A DNA stretch of 28,207 nucleotides, from assembly GCA_964644695.1 (NCBI GenBank), contig CAZXWN010000010.1, positions 62,001 through 90,207 on the forward strand. The letters are read 5' to 3'. The notes under the pieces were generated by a model. The model did no database searches. It had not been told where the DNA came from and was given only the letters and a program-made list of their open reading frames with translations. The position numbers were made by a program, and so were the translations under genes. Shown here in pieces: positions 8,533-18,162 of the stretch. This DNA is from an uncultured bacterium. GTDB taxonomy: Bacteria; UBP4; UBA4092. How positions within the stretch are numbered: position 1 is the first letter of the stretch; each line of letters begins with the position of its first letter.

Positions 8533-9725
8533 AAAAATATATTATCTGGTTGTTAGTCATTATGCTGCTTGTTATGGCAGGATGCAGTTCTTCCGAAAAA
8601 GATAAGGGGAAAAAGAAAGACCGTATGGTACAGGTGAAAGTTGGGCAAGCCAGCTTGAAGAATGTTCCCCTAACTATTAAGCAGATTGGAATTGTTGAAG
8701 CGTATTCTACTGTTTCAGTTATCAGTCAGGCATCTGGCAGTATCCTGCAGGTTTATTTCAAAGAAGGACAAAATGTTCGGAAGGGTGAGCCCTTATTTAA
8801 GATTGATTCCAGAGCTTACGATCTGGATACCCGACTGGCAGAAGCCAATGTCGATAAAGCACTGACTCAGATAAAACAGGCAGAATCACAATTACTGAAA
8901 GACCAGGCCTTATTGAAAAATGCCATAACCCAGGTAAATCGATACAAAATGTTATTAGACAGGGGAGTGGTGACTCAGGAAGATTTTGATAATCTCCAAA
9001 CCACTCAGGAAACACTGGAAGCTTCTGTTCAGACAGACAAAATTGTTATTCAAACAAATCGAGATTTAATGAGAGTAGCCCAGGAACAACTGGCCAGCTC
9101 TCGCTTACAGCAAAGTTATACGGTTATTCGGTCACCGTTAACCGGACAGACCGGAAATTTGCTGGTGGATGCCGGTAATGTTATCAAGGCAAATGATCGC
9201 CCGTTGGTCAGTATCCATCAAATTCAACCTATCTATGTCACTTTTAATGTGCCGGAAAAAGATCTTGCCCAGATTATGTTGTTTAAGTCAAAAGGTACGT
9301 TAGCAGTCCATGCCTATGTGGATGATAATGTAAATCCAGAAGTTGGAACATTGGTGTTTATTGATCATGCCATCAATTCTGCAACCGGTACTGTCACGCT
9401 CAAGGCGAAGTTTGACAATGCGTCACACAGGCTTATTCCCGGTCAATTTGTAAACGTTGTCATGACACTGACCGTTCAGAATAATTGTGTGGTTGTGCCT
9501 TCGGCAGCAATTGCCATTGGGCAGGAGGGGCCGTATGTGTTTATTGTGAAGCCTGACCAGACGGTTGAATACAGAGTAGTCAGTGTGAACAGGACGGATG
9601 GGGCTGATACGATTGTGGACCGAGGTGTTCAAGCGGGTGATGTTGTTGTCACGGACGGTCAATTAAAGTTGAGTGATGGCAGCAAGATCAAGACAGGAAA
9701 ATCTACGGATAAAGCAGGTCGCTGA
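8529..9725 (+). CDS. RND efflux periplasmic adaptor (MdtA-like), lipoprotein
   Basis: Lipobox MAGC; FKEGQNVRKGEPLFKID, IRSPLTG, TGTVTLKAKF, GDVVVTDGQ; ATGA overlap with tolC. Confidence 0.93.
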   Translation: MKKYIIWLLVIMLLVMAGCSSSEKDKGKKKDRMVQVKVGQASLKNVPLTIKQIGIVEAYSTVSVISQASGSILQVYFKEGQNVRKGEPLFKIDSRAYDLDTRLAEANVDKALTQIKQAESQLLKDQALLKNAITQVNRYKMLLDRGVVTQEDFDNLQTTQETLEASVQTDKIVIQTNRDLMRVAQEQLASSRLQQSYTVIRSPLTGQTGNLLVDAGNVIKANDRPLVSIHQIQPIYVTFNVPEKDLAQIMLFKSKGTLAVHAYVDDNVNPEVGTLVFIDHAINSATGTVTLKAKFDNASHRLIPGQFVNVVMTLTVQNNCVVVPSAAIAIGQEGPYVFIVKPDQTVEYRVVSVNRTDGADTIVDRGVQAGDVVVTDGQLKLSDGSKIKTGKSTDKAGR

Positions 9726-9727
9726 GT

Positions 9728-12700
9728 ATGAATTTATCAGAAATATTTATCCGTCGTCCCATTGCAACAACTCTTATCATGCTGGGGATTTTAGTTTTTG
9801 GCATCATGGGATACAGGCTTTTGCCGGTCAGTGATTTACCGAATGTGGATTTTCCTACGATTCAGGTTTCTGCCAATTTATCCGGTGCCAGTCCGGAGAC
9901 CATGGCTTCATCGGTTGCCACCCCGTTGGAAAAACAATTTTCAACCATTGCTGGCCTGGACAGTATGAACTCTGTGAATACTCAGGGTTCCAGTCAGATC
10001 ACACTTCAATTTGACCTAAACAGAGATATTGATGCAGCGGCTCAGGATGTTCAATCGGCTATTGCTAAGGTTCAACGGCAGTTGCCTACGGATATGACTT
10101 CTCCCCCCTCATATCAGAAAGTCGATCCTTCTGCGTCCCCGGTGTTACTGCTTTCTTTAACTTCACCTCAGGTCAGTTTATACCAACTGGATGAGTATGC
10201 TGAGTCTTTAATGGCACAGCGGATCTCCATGGTAAAAGGTGTTGCGCAAGTTTCTGTTTATGGGTCACAGAAATATGCTGTCCGTATTCGATTAAATCCA
10301 CAGAAACTGGTTGCTAAGGGAATTGGAATTGAAGAGGTTTCCACATCCATTAAAAACAGTAATGTGAACCTTCCTTCCGGTGTTATGTATGGTAAAGATA
10401 GAACAATGACTCTGGAGGCCAATGGACAGCTGTTTAAGGCGGATGATTACAAGAGTTTGATTGTAGCCTACCAGAACGGATCACCGGTCAGGCTTGAAGA
10501 ACTGGCAAACGTATATGACAGTGTTGAGAATGATAAATCAGCGGCATGGCTGGGTGATCAGCGGGCTATGGTTTTGGCAATCCAGAAACAGCCGGGAACT
10601 AATACGGTTGAAGTTGTTGAATCTATCCGGGCGCTGATACCGTCATTCCAGGAACAGTTACCAGCCTCTGTGAAATTGGGTGTTTTATATGACCGGTCTC
10701 AGCCTATCAAAGAGTCAGTCCATGATGTTAAATTTACTTTAGTTCTGACAATTTGTCTGGTTATTTTGGTCATTTTCCTGTTTCTGAAAAACATTTCCGC
10801 AACAATAATTCCGAGTTTAGCATTACCCATGTCCATATCCGGTACTTTTGCGGTTATGTACTTGATGGGGTATAACCTGGATAACCTGTCACTGATGGCC
10901 ATAACGCTTTCGGTGGGCTTTGTGGTGGATGATGCCATTGTCATGCTTGAGAACATTGTTCGTCATATGGAACAGGGTGAGGATGTCCATACGGCGGCAT
11001 TGACCGGGTCAAAGGAGATTGGATTTACCATTCTATCCATGACTCTTTCGCTGGCGGCGGTTTTTATTCCCGTTCTTTTTATGGGAGGTATTGTCGGGCG
11101 GTTATTTCAGGAGTTTGCCGTAACCATTGCCGCTGCTATTTTGGTATCGGGATTTATCTCGTTAACACTAACGCCCATGTTGTGCAGCCGTTTCCTGAAA
11201 CCGGAGGCGGAACGAAGACATGGTTTAGTTTATAAGGTAACGGAAGCGGGTTTTCAGGGATTCTTAAATCTTTATGATGTGACTTTGAAGTGGGTATTGA
11301 AACACAAATTTTTGGTATTACTTCAATCGTTTGTGTTATTTGGAATAACCATCTGGCTGTTTATGATTGTTCCAAAAGGATTTATTCCCAGCCAGGATAA
11401 CGGCCAAATTCAAGGTAGCACAGAAGCTGCTCAGGGTATCTCATTTGACGCCATGGTAAAGAATCAAAAGGCAGTTGTGGAGATTATTAAGAAAAATCCT
11501 AATGTAGATGATTTTATGTCATCGGTAGGCTCTAAGGGTACAGGGATGTTAAACATCCGACTGAAACCCAGAGATGTAAGGAAAGACACTCCGGAACAAG
11601 TCATTGAACAATTACGTCCTAAACTGGAAGCTATCCCCGGAATCAAAGTCTTCCTCCGAAATCCACCCGCCATCAATCTAGGGGGACGGTCTGCCAACAG
11701 TCTTTATCAGCTGACCCTTCAAACGCCTGATACAGATGAGCTATATCGTGAGGCGTCTGCGCTGGAATTCCGATTAAAAGAAATGAATAATTTACAGGAT
11801 GTGAGCAGTAATCTGCAATTAAAAAATCCACAAATAACCATTGATATTGACAGGGATAAAGCTGCCGCGTTGGGAGTTTCTCCCCGTAAGATTGAAGAAA
11901 CCCTTTATTATATGTATGGGTCGCGTCAGGTCTCGACTATCTATGCGCCTAATAACGATTATTCAGTCATTATGGAATTAGACCCTGAATACCAATCCGA
12001 TATTGGTGCTTTGACCTGGCTTCATATTCTTTCAGACTCAGGGAAAATGGTTCCTCTGAGTGCCGTAGCAAAGTACAGTAATACGGTAGGACCGTTATCC
12101 GTGAATCATTCCGGACAAATCCCATCGGTTACCCTGTCATTTAACATTAAGTCGGGTGTATCGTTAAGTGAAGCTTTGGACGAAGTTGATAAAGTGACCG
12201 GGGAAACTTTACCCTCAACGGTTCAGTATAGTTTCCAGGGAACAGCCCAGGCGTTCCAGACTTCCATGAAGGGTATGGGGGTGTTATTGATAATGGCTGT
12301 GCTGGTCATCTATATGATTTTAGGCATATTATATGAGAGCTTTGTTCACCCTGTGACTATCTTGTCTGGACTTCCTTCGGCGGGATTAGGGGCATTGCTC
12401 ACATTACTGCTCTTTAAGACAGATCTGAACATCTATGCTTTTGTAGGTATTATCATGTTGGTTGGATTGGTAAAGAAGAATGCCATTATGATGATCGACT
12501 TTGCATTAGATGCTCAGAGAAAAGACCATAAGTCTCCAGAAGAATCTATCTATCAGGGTTGTTTGGTTCGATTCAGACCTATCATGATGACCACTATGGC
12601 GGCATTGATGGGAACCCTGCCTATTGCTTTAGGCTTGGGTGCTGGTGCTGAATCCCGGCGTCCTTTGGGGTTGGCGGTAGTAGGTGGTTTAATGGTGTCG

Positions 12701-12790
12701 CAACTGCTGACACTGTATATCACTCCCGTTTATTTCATCTATTTGGACAGGGCCCGAATCTGGATGGGGAAATACATTAAACGAAAATAA
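9728..12790 (+). CDS. RND efflux permease (MdtB/MdtC-like, AcrB family)
   Basis: FIRRPIAT, LPNVDFPTI, GFVVDDAIV, KKNAIMMIDFA, RFRPIMMTT. Confidence 0.96.
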   Translation: MNLSEIFIRRPIATTLIMLGILVFGIMGYRLLPVSDLPNVDFPTIQVSANLSGASPETMASSVATPLEKQFSTIAGLDSMNSVNTQGSSQITLQFDLNRDIDAAAQDVQSAIAKVQRQLPTDMTSPPSYQKVDPSASPVLLLSLTSPQVSLYQLDEYAESLMAQRISMVKGVAQVSVYGSQKYAVRIRLNPQKLVAKGIGIEEVSTSIKNSNVNLPSGVMYGKDRTMTLEANGQLFKADDYKSLIVAYQNGSPVRLEELANVYDSVENDKSAAWLGDQRAMVLAIQKQPGTNTVEVVESIRALIPSFQEQLPASVKLGVLYDRSQPIKESVHDVKFTLVLTICLVILVIFLFLKNISATIIPSLALPMSISGTFAVMYLMGYNLDNLSLMAITLSVGFVVDDAIVMLENIVRHMEQGEDVHTAALTGSKEIGFTILSMTLSLAAVFIPVLFMGGIVGRLFQEFAVTIAAAILVSGFISLTLTPMLCSRFLKPEAERRHGLVYKVTEAGFQGFLNLYDVTLKWVLKHKFLVLLQSFVLFGITIWLFMIVPKGFIPSQDNGQIQGSTEAAQGISFDAMVKNQKAVVEIIKKNPNVDDFMSSVGSKGTGMLNIRLKPRDVRKDTPEQVIEQLRPKLEAIPGIKVFLRNPPAINLGGRSANSLYQLTLQTPDTDELYREASALEFRLKEMNNLQDVSSNLQLKNPQITIDIDRDKAAALGVSPRKIEETLYYMYGSRQVSTIYAPNNDYSVIMELDPEYQSDIGALTWLHILSDSGKMVPLSAVAKYSNTVGPLSVNHSGQIPSVTLSFNIKSGVSLSEALDEVDKVTGETLPSTVQYSFQGTAQAFQTSMKGMGVLLIMAVLVIYMILGILYESFVHPVTILSGLPSAGLGALLTLLLFKTDLNIYAFVGIIMLVGLVKKNAIMMIDFALDAQRKDHKSPEESIYQGCLVRFRPIMMTTMAALMGTLPIALGLGAGAESRRPLGLAVVGGLMVSQLLTLYITPVYFIYLDRARIWMGKYIKRK

Positions 12791-12813
12791 TTAACCAAAA
12801 ACTAAATATATAT

Positions 12814-12853
12814 TCCGTCCCACCTGAATTTGATACTGGGACGGATTTTTTTT
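12814..12853 (+). terminator. Rho-independent terminator after the RND operon
   Basis: TCCGTCCCA...TGGGACGGA followed by T8. Confidence 0.85.
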
Positions 12854-12868
12854 GTTGGACGAATGAGA

Positions 12869-12890
12869 TTGAAAACATTAGAATTTTCAA
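12869..12890. promoter_or_regulatory. Palindromic operator candidate upstream of the SSS symporter
   Basis: TTGAAAA-N8-TTTTCAA perfect 7-bp inverted repeat. Confidence 0.35.
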
Positions 12891-12941
12891 AGATTTATAT
12901 ATAACTTTATAAAGGTGTAATGAAAGGAGATATACAGGGTT

Positions 12942-14702
12942 ATGCAATTACTTGATTGGTCCATAATTGGACTGTATTTTATTTTAAGTGCGGCAATTGG
13001 GATTTACTATGCCAAGCGGGCAGGGTCCAGCACTCAGGAGTTTTTCCTGTCAGGGCGAAATCTACCCTGGTGGCTTGCTGGAACAACGATGGTAGCGACT
13101 ACTTTTGCGGCGGATACTCCCCTGGCTGTTACCGAATTAGTCCGGAAAAATGGTATTGCTGGAAACTGGCTGTGGTGGAACGCCTTATTTGGAGGGATGC
13201 TGACAGTTTTCTTCTTTGCTCGGTTATGGCGGCGTGCCGGTATTATGACGGATGTGGAATTTGTAGAAATCCGATATTCTGGAAAACCCGCGGCATTTCT
13301 TCGGGGATTCAGGGCACTGTATCTCGGTATTCTGATGAACTGTGTCGTTCTTGGATGGGTGAATCTGGCAATGGCCTCTATTTTGGAAGGGATGTTTGGA
13401 ATTCCAAAACAAGATGTGTATTTTTATGTAGGTGCTGCATTAATTATTACGGCGATATATTCTGCCATTTCCGGATTATGGGGAGTCTCTGTAACAGACG
13501 CTTTCCAGTTCTGTCTGGCAATGGGGGGATGCATTATCCTGGCAGTAATCGTTGTGACTAATCCAGCGATTGGCGGATTATCGGGGCTGGTCAGTAAACT
13601 CCAAGTATCACACCCAGGCGTTTTGAAGTTCACCCCCATCGTAGGTCAGGGGAACGGTTCTTTTGCGCAGCCGGGAATGCTGGCGATTACTTTTAGTACC
13701 TTCTTTGCCTGGGTGGCGATTCAGTGGTGGTCTTCCTGGTATCCTGGTGCGGAACCCGGTGGCGGTGGATATATTGCCCAGCGGATGATGTCTGCCAAGG
13801 ATGAAAAACACTCATTGTTTGCTACCTTGTGGTTTCAAATAGCTCATTACTGTGTTCGTCCCTGGCCATGGATCCTGGTGGCATTGGCATCATTGATATT
13901 CTATCCGCAGTTACCGGATGACCGAATGGGTTTTGTTTATGCCATGCGAGATCATCTTCCTGTCGGATTAAAGGGTGTATTGGTTGCGGCATTCTTTGCG
14001 GCTTATATGTCCACTATTGCGACTCAGCTCAACTGGGGTGCTTCGTATATCGTAAATGATTTTTATAAGCGGTTCTTTGATAAATCAAATGATGAGAAGA
14101 AGGCTGTCTGGGTTTCACGAGCAGCGACTTTATTTTTGATGGGCATCTCCCTGGTCATTATGCCGTTTATGGATTCAATCAGTGGCGCATGGAACTTCCT
14201 GCTGGGTGCTTCTGCCGGAATCGGAATGGTGTTGATTCTCCGCTGGTTCTGGTGGCGTATCAATGCCTGGAGTGAAATCACCGCCATGATTGTCCCCTTG
14301 TTTGTGTATGCCTGGACACAAAACAGGAATATCAGTGCTCCAGAAAATCTGTATTATATTGTTCCCATCACTACTGTGTGTTGGTTGATTGTGACTTATC
14401 TGACGAAACCTTCTGATAACCAGAAGTTGATAGAGTTTTATACTCAGGTCCATCCGGGAGGGATTGGCTGGAAACCTATTGCAAAACAACTGCCTCAAGT
14501 CAAAGGTGATACAGGATATCCGGGACTTTTTGCCTGCTGGATTTCCGGAATAGTAATGGTCTATTCCGTGTTATTCGGAGTAGGTTATCTGATATTAGGA
14601 AACAGCCTGTATGGAATGATTGCTTTGGCGGTCAGCCTGGTTTCCGCATCCGTGATATATACAGTACTTTCAAAACGAGGATTTGAATCTTTAGTGAAAT
14701 AG
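12942..14702 (+). CDS. Sodium:solute symporter (SSS/SLC5) family protein
   Basis: EFFLSGRNLPWW, VATTFAADTPL, AAYMST, many TM helices; AAGGAG RBS. Confidence 0.93.
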   Translation: MQLLDWSIIGLYFILSAAIGIYYAKRAGSSTQEFFLSGRNLPWWLAGTTMVATTFAADTPLAVTELVRKNGIAGNWLWWNALFGGMLTVFFFARLWRRAGIMTDVEFVEIRYSGKPAAFLRGFRALYLGILMNCVVLGWVNLAMASILEGMFGIPKQDVYFYVGAALIITAIYSAISGLWGVSVTDAFQFCLAMGGCIILAVIVVTNPAIGGLSGLVSKLQVSHPGVLKFTPIVGQGNGSFAQPGMLAITFSTFFAWVAIQWWSSWYPGAEPGGGGYIAQRMMSAKDEKHSLFATLWFQIAHYCVRPWPWILVALASLIFYPQLPDDRMGFVYAMRDHLPVGLKGVLVAAFFAAYMSTIATQLNWGASYIVNDFYKRFFDKSNDEKKAVWVSRAATLFLMGISLVIMPFMDSISGAWNFLLGASAGIGMVLILRWFWWRINAWSEITAMIVPLFVYAWTQNRNISAPENLYYIVPITTVCWLIVTYLTKPSDNQKLIEFYTQVHPGGIGWKPIAKQLPQVKGDTGYPGLFACWISGIVMVYSVLFGVGYLILGNSLYGMIALAVSLVSASVIYTVLSKRGFESLVK

Positions 14703-14728
14703 TAACTATCAAATCATCTATGAAATAT

Positions 14729-14759
14729 AAAAGCCGGGTTCAAATGAACCCGGCTTTTT
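14729..14759. terminator. Bidirectional rho-independent terminator between convergent genes
   Basis: AAAA-GCCGGGTTCA-aa-TGAACCCGGC-TTTTT. Confidence 0.9.
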
Positions 14760-14778
14760 GTATGAGACAGAGATAATC

Positions 14779-16242
14779 TTACAGGTAAGAATAGGCGGCG
14801 ATGACTAATCCAAGCATCGCTAACACCCAGATGTAAGCAATCAGTTTTTTAGTAATGCTGATGACATCAATTCCAAGGTAACCGGCAATCCAGACATTAT
14901 GGGTATTCGTTGGATCACAGACACCCTGGATAGCACCCACAGATACCAGCATGGCCATGATGGCTTGTGGTGGGAGTTTTCCGGTGGCTAGCATGATACC
15001 CGCCAGACCTGAACCCATTCCCCAGACATTCAGTGGACCCCGATATAATGCCAATGGCGCAAATAAGGTGAAAGTTACAATATAGGCAATCGGTGTCGTT
15101 GGGATGATTCCTTCCAACAAAGGTTTCAGATACATGGAAACTTCGGGGAGAGTAACCGCTTTGAGTAACATACCAATGCCAATCATGAGCAGGACGGCAG
15201 GCATGACAGATTCCGCCCCTTCAAAAAGGGATTGGCTGAATATTTTGACCTGATTCTTTTCCCAGGTGAAGATAAGACCCCAAATCAAACCACCAATGAA
15301 TGAGGGGAAGGGAGACCATCCTAATACTAAAATCAGGAACAGAGGAATCAGGGGGGTCAGGATACCCAGGAAGTTTATTTTTCTGGCGGGAGCCGCTTCA
15401 TTATCACTTGGAGCTGGCGCGGCCCAGTATCGGCCCATAGACCCGAACTTCACATTAATGATGATATAAACAATCCCTATCGCGAGATATAACAGAGCCA
15501 TCTTAACAGCAAATCCGCCCGTTACATCCGTCGGGACACCCAGAGCATCTTTATAGAATACCCAGGCCTGGGGATTCAATGAACCGCCGGTACACAGACC
15601 AATCAACATGACGCCTGCGGCAACATGCGCTGGAACACCCAGAGATAACATGATGGGAAAGATGATAGACCCAATCATGATGATGGCACCTAATCCACCC
15701 AGAGTAATAAATAACAAGGCACAGACCAACAATAAGACGGTAGAGACGATGATAGGTTTATCACCTGCGAGTTCAGCTGCCACCCGGATGACCGCTTCTG
15801 CAATCCCCTTCTTGCGGACAAAGATTGCCAGCATACCGCCGAAGAAAGCCAGAGTATAGGCTTCATGTAACCGTAATGAACCTTCATAGAGAACGACTTT
15901 CAGGAGATTCGAACCGGCCAGAGTATCTCTCAGATAGAACCATGGATTGAATTTTGCCTTGAAGGCCGCCCACTTGGCTGTTATAACACCAATCATATTT
16001 CCTTTTTGCTGTTCGACCTGAGTGTAAGCCTGCCATTGCTGGGAGATGGTGACGGACTCCACTTTGGCAGCAGCATATTTACTATTGATATCCTGCCAGG
16101 GAATATTGGGGATCCCGGCGACAACGGTGAAAGCAATCGCCATGATCGGTAGAGCCAGCAACGCTGAGATTTTGTTGAGGTACATTAGAATCATCATCAC
16201 CAGGAAGATTCCAATGAGTATTGAACCCATCATTATTTCCAT
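14779..16242 (-). CDS. Secondary transporter, ion-transporter superfamily (CitM/GntP/DcuC-like), substrate unknown
   Basis: About 12 hydrophobic segments; GIAEAVIRVAAELAGDKP, RGPLNVWGMGSG, QGVCDPTNTHNVW; AAGGAG RBS. Confidence 0.78.
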   Translation of the reverse strand: MEIMMGSILIGIFLVMMILMYLNKISALLALPIMAIAFTVVAGIPNIPWQDINSKYAAAKVESVTISQQWQAYTQVEQQKGNMIGVITAKWAAFKAKFNPWFYLRDTLAGSNLLKVVLYEGSLRLHEAYTLAFFGGMLAIFVRKKGIAEAVIRVAAELAGDKPIIVSTVLLLVCALLFITLGGLGAIIMIGSIIFPIMLSLGVPAHVAAGVMLIGLCTGGSLNPQAWVFYKDALGVPTDVTGGFAVKMALLYLAIGIVYIIINVKFGSMGRYWAAPAPSDNEAAPARKINFLGILTPLIPLFLILVLGWSPFPSFIGGLIWGLIFTWEKNQVKIFSQSLFEGAESVMPAVLLMIGIGMLLKAVTLPEVSMYLKPLLEGIIPTTPIAYIVTFTLFAPLALYRGPLNVWGMGSGLAGIMLATGKLPPQAIMAMLVSVGAIQGVCDPTNTHNVWIAGYLGIDVISITKKLIAYIWVLAMLGLVIAAYSYL

Positions 16243-16294
16243 AAAACGGTAGTTCTCCTTGTATGTAGAAAGATGAATAAAGACTAAATTGTTA

Positions 16295-17416
16295 TTACCA
16301 GGCTATGGCGGAATCCTTATATAACCCTTTGCCCAGTTCTTCAAACAGGCCGGGGTAAGTCACCATCCAGTTATAAGCAAACAGAGAGTGTCCGGCTGGA
16401 TTTTCTTTTCTAACCAGTTCAATTTGAGTGGGGAAATCAGGATGTGGGGTGCCTTTACGGGCCGCCAGTCCGGGATAAATCGGAGTGTTTCCTGTATGTT
16501 CCCGGGCAATCTGGATTTCCTTTACGATGCCGTCAATGGCGTAAGAATAACACATGGGAGTCAGGAAGTTCAGGTATCCTTTTTGGCACCAATCCTGATA
16601 GTTCTGCATTTTACTGTTGGTGTATCGCTCATTGTAATAATCAGGGAATACAGCCGCGGAGACTTTGCATTTACTACGGTTTTTTTTAGCTGTTTTGGAT
16701 AATTCGCCTACGAGTTCCGTTAATTGATCTTCGCGGAAGGTATTCCATAAATCCCAGGCATCTGGAGTAATCGCAGGGTCCAGGACGTTGGGATTGATTT
16801 TATATTTTCTTCGGAACTTATTCATCGCGGTCTGGTTATACCCAAATCCCCAGGAATCCCCATTGGCGGCATAGCGGATGTAGTCGAAATGGACACCATC
16901 AACATCATACTTCTGGGTGACTTCCTGAACCAGTGAGTTAAGTTTCTTCCGGACTTCAGGAACGGAGGGATTTACATACCAGTAGTTCATTTCTGTTTCC
17001 CGGGTTGTTTTCCCATTCTTTCCATAATCAATCCAGTCTGGATTCTTAGTCAGGATCGGACCGGCATCTTTCTCACCATACCACCAAAACAGAGTGTGAA
17101 ACCAGGCATGAACTTCGATGTTACGCTTATGGGCTTCGGTAATAATCAGTTTCAGGCGGTCTCCTCCGACAAATTCAGGCCGTTGTTCAAAGACATTGGA
17201 GGGATAAATGGTATAGCCTGTGTAGAAAGTCTCTACAAAGATGACATTGATATTGGCTTGTTTGAGGTCATCCAGAGCTTTGATGACAGCCGTATCATCG
17301 CCGGCAGGCCGAAGCCAGACTCCCCGGAACTCTTTTACAGCGGCCATTGCACAAGTGACGGATAATATAAAGATGACAGCCAGGATGCCTCGGCTGATAA
17401 AAGATTTTACCTGCAT
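16295..17416 (-). CDS. Secreted glycoside hydrolase-like family 10 (GHL10/DUF187, YddW-like) TIM-barrel protein
   Basis: Signal peptide; EFRGVW, EVHAWF, YDVDGVHFDYIRY, QNYQDW, PMCY. Confidence 0.88.
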   Translation of the reverse strand: MQVKSFISRGILAVIFILSVTCAMAAVKEFRGVWLRPAGDDTAVIKALDDLKQANINVIFVETFYTGYTIYPSNVFEQRPEFVGGDRLKLIITEAHKRNIEVHAWFHTLFWWYGEKDAGPILTKNPDWIDYGKNGKTTRETEMNYWYVNPSVPEVRKKLNSLVQEVTQKYDVDGVHFDYIRYAANGDSWGFGYNQTAMNKFRRKYKINPNVLDPAITPDAWDLWNTFREDQLTELVGELSKTAKKNRSKCKVSAAVFPDYYNERYTNSKMQNYQDWCQKGYLNFLTPMCYSYAIDGIVKEIQIAREHTGNTPIYPGLAARKGTPHPDFPTQIELVRKENPAGHSLFAYNWMVTYPGLFEELGKGLYKDSAIAW

Positions 17417-17473
17417 ACCGTATCACTCCTTCCGGCAATATGCCGTAACAAGTCTATTCAGGCCCTGAATTCC

Positions 17474-17487
17474 TGAAAACGTTCCCT
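17474..17487. promoter_or_regulatory. LacI-family/cre-like operator candidate upstream of GHL10
   Basis: TGAAAACGTTCCCT with central CG, downstream of a minus-strand TGGTATAAT extended -10. Confidence 0.4.
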
Positions 17488-17544
17488 GAAAATATACAAT
17501 AAAATCAAAACATCATTATACCATTCAATAGGTGTAGTTTTATG

Positions 17545-18162
17545 TTAGAAAAAGGTCCCCAGATTCAGGGTCAGTGGTTTGTTTTTCATGCTCTTGACTG
17601 TCCGGGCCGGTCCGTCAGAATCAAACAATTCCAACTCAAGGGTCAAGGGTTTTACTTTAAGACCCAGTGCAGTGACAGGGATTTCCCCGGACAGACTATA
17701 TCCAGACACATCGGAGCGGTAGCTGGCCTCAATTTTAGCGTCTTTAATTATTTGATATCCTGATTTCCCGTCGGGTTGGAAATAAACGGCTGGAGATACG
17801 CCATACATTCCCGGATAGAGCAGCACCCGAACGGTGAGTGTGTCTTGTGTCAGAGTCAGGAGGATAGCATCTCCATCATATTTAAGTTTCCACCAGGGCG
17901 CATTGATGACAGGACTGCGCGGGTTATGGAGAGGTTTATTGTCTTTGACTTGAGCGGACACCTTCAAAGCGGAGGTGTCATAACTCAAGAATATCTGAGC
18001 AGACAGGTCATTCGGACCTAACCAGTTTCCGGGAGATTCTTTTAACTGGCTCCGATGATTCAAATCAACCGTTACTTTTTGAGTAATCCCCATTTCATTG
18101 GATTCAGCGAACAGCTGAGTAAACAGACCCAGTGAGAGAATCGTTATTATCCACCATTTCAT
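17545..18162 (-). CDS. Secreted CBM9/DOMON-like sugar-binding domain protein
   Basis: Signal peptide; WLGPNDLSAQIFLSYD...V..KDN, GDAI, GYSLSGEIP, D.D pattern typical of CBM9-like domains; ATGA overlap with the upstream gene. Confidence 0.65.
   Translation of the reverse strand: MKWWIITILSLGLFTQLFAESNEMGITQKVTVDLNHRSQLKESPGNWLGPNDLSAQIFLSYDTSALKVSAQVKDNKPLHNPRSPVINAPWWKLKYDGDAILLTLTQDTLTVRVLLYPGMYGVSPAVYFQPDGKSGYQIIKDAKIEASYRSDVSGYSLSGEIPVTALGLKVKPLTLELELFDSDGPARTVKSMKNKPLTLNLGTFF

Noticed and set aside
7228-12790. RND operon as a novel system
   Set aside because: Ordinary tripartite efflux pump; single-permease MdtABC-like operons are common.
12923-12935. AAGGAGATATACA matches the T7/pET ribosome-binding site
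   Set aside because: No other vector sequence is present; a chance match within a natural SD region.
12956-13561. 201-aa alternative-frame ORF inside the SSS gene, and other shadow ORFs (e.g. 1560-1892, 5394-5816, 20361-20705, 27391-27786)
   Set aside because: They lie wholly within well-supported genes and show no recognisable motifs.
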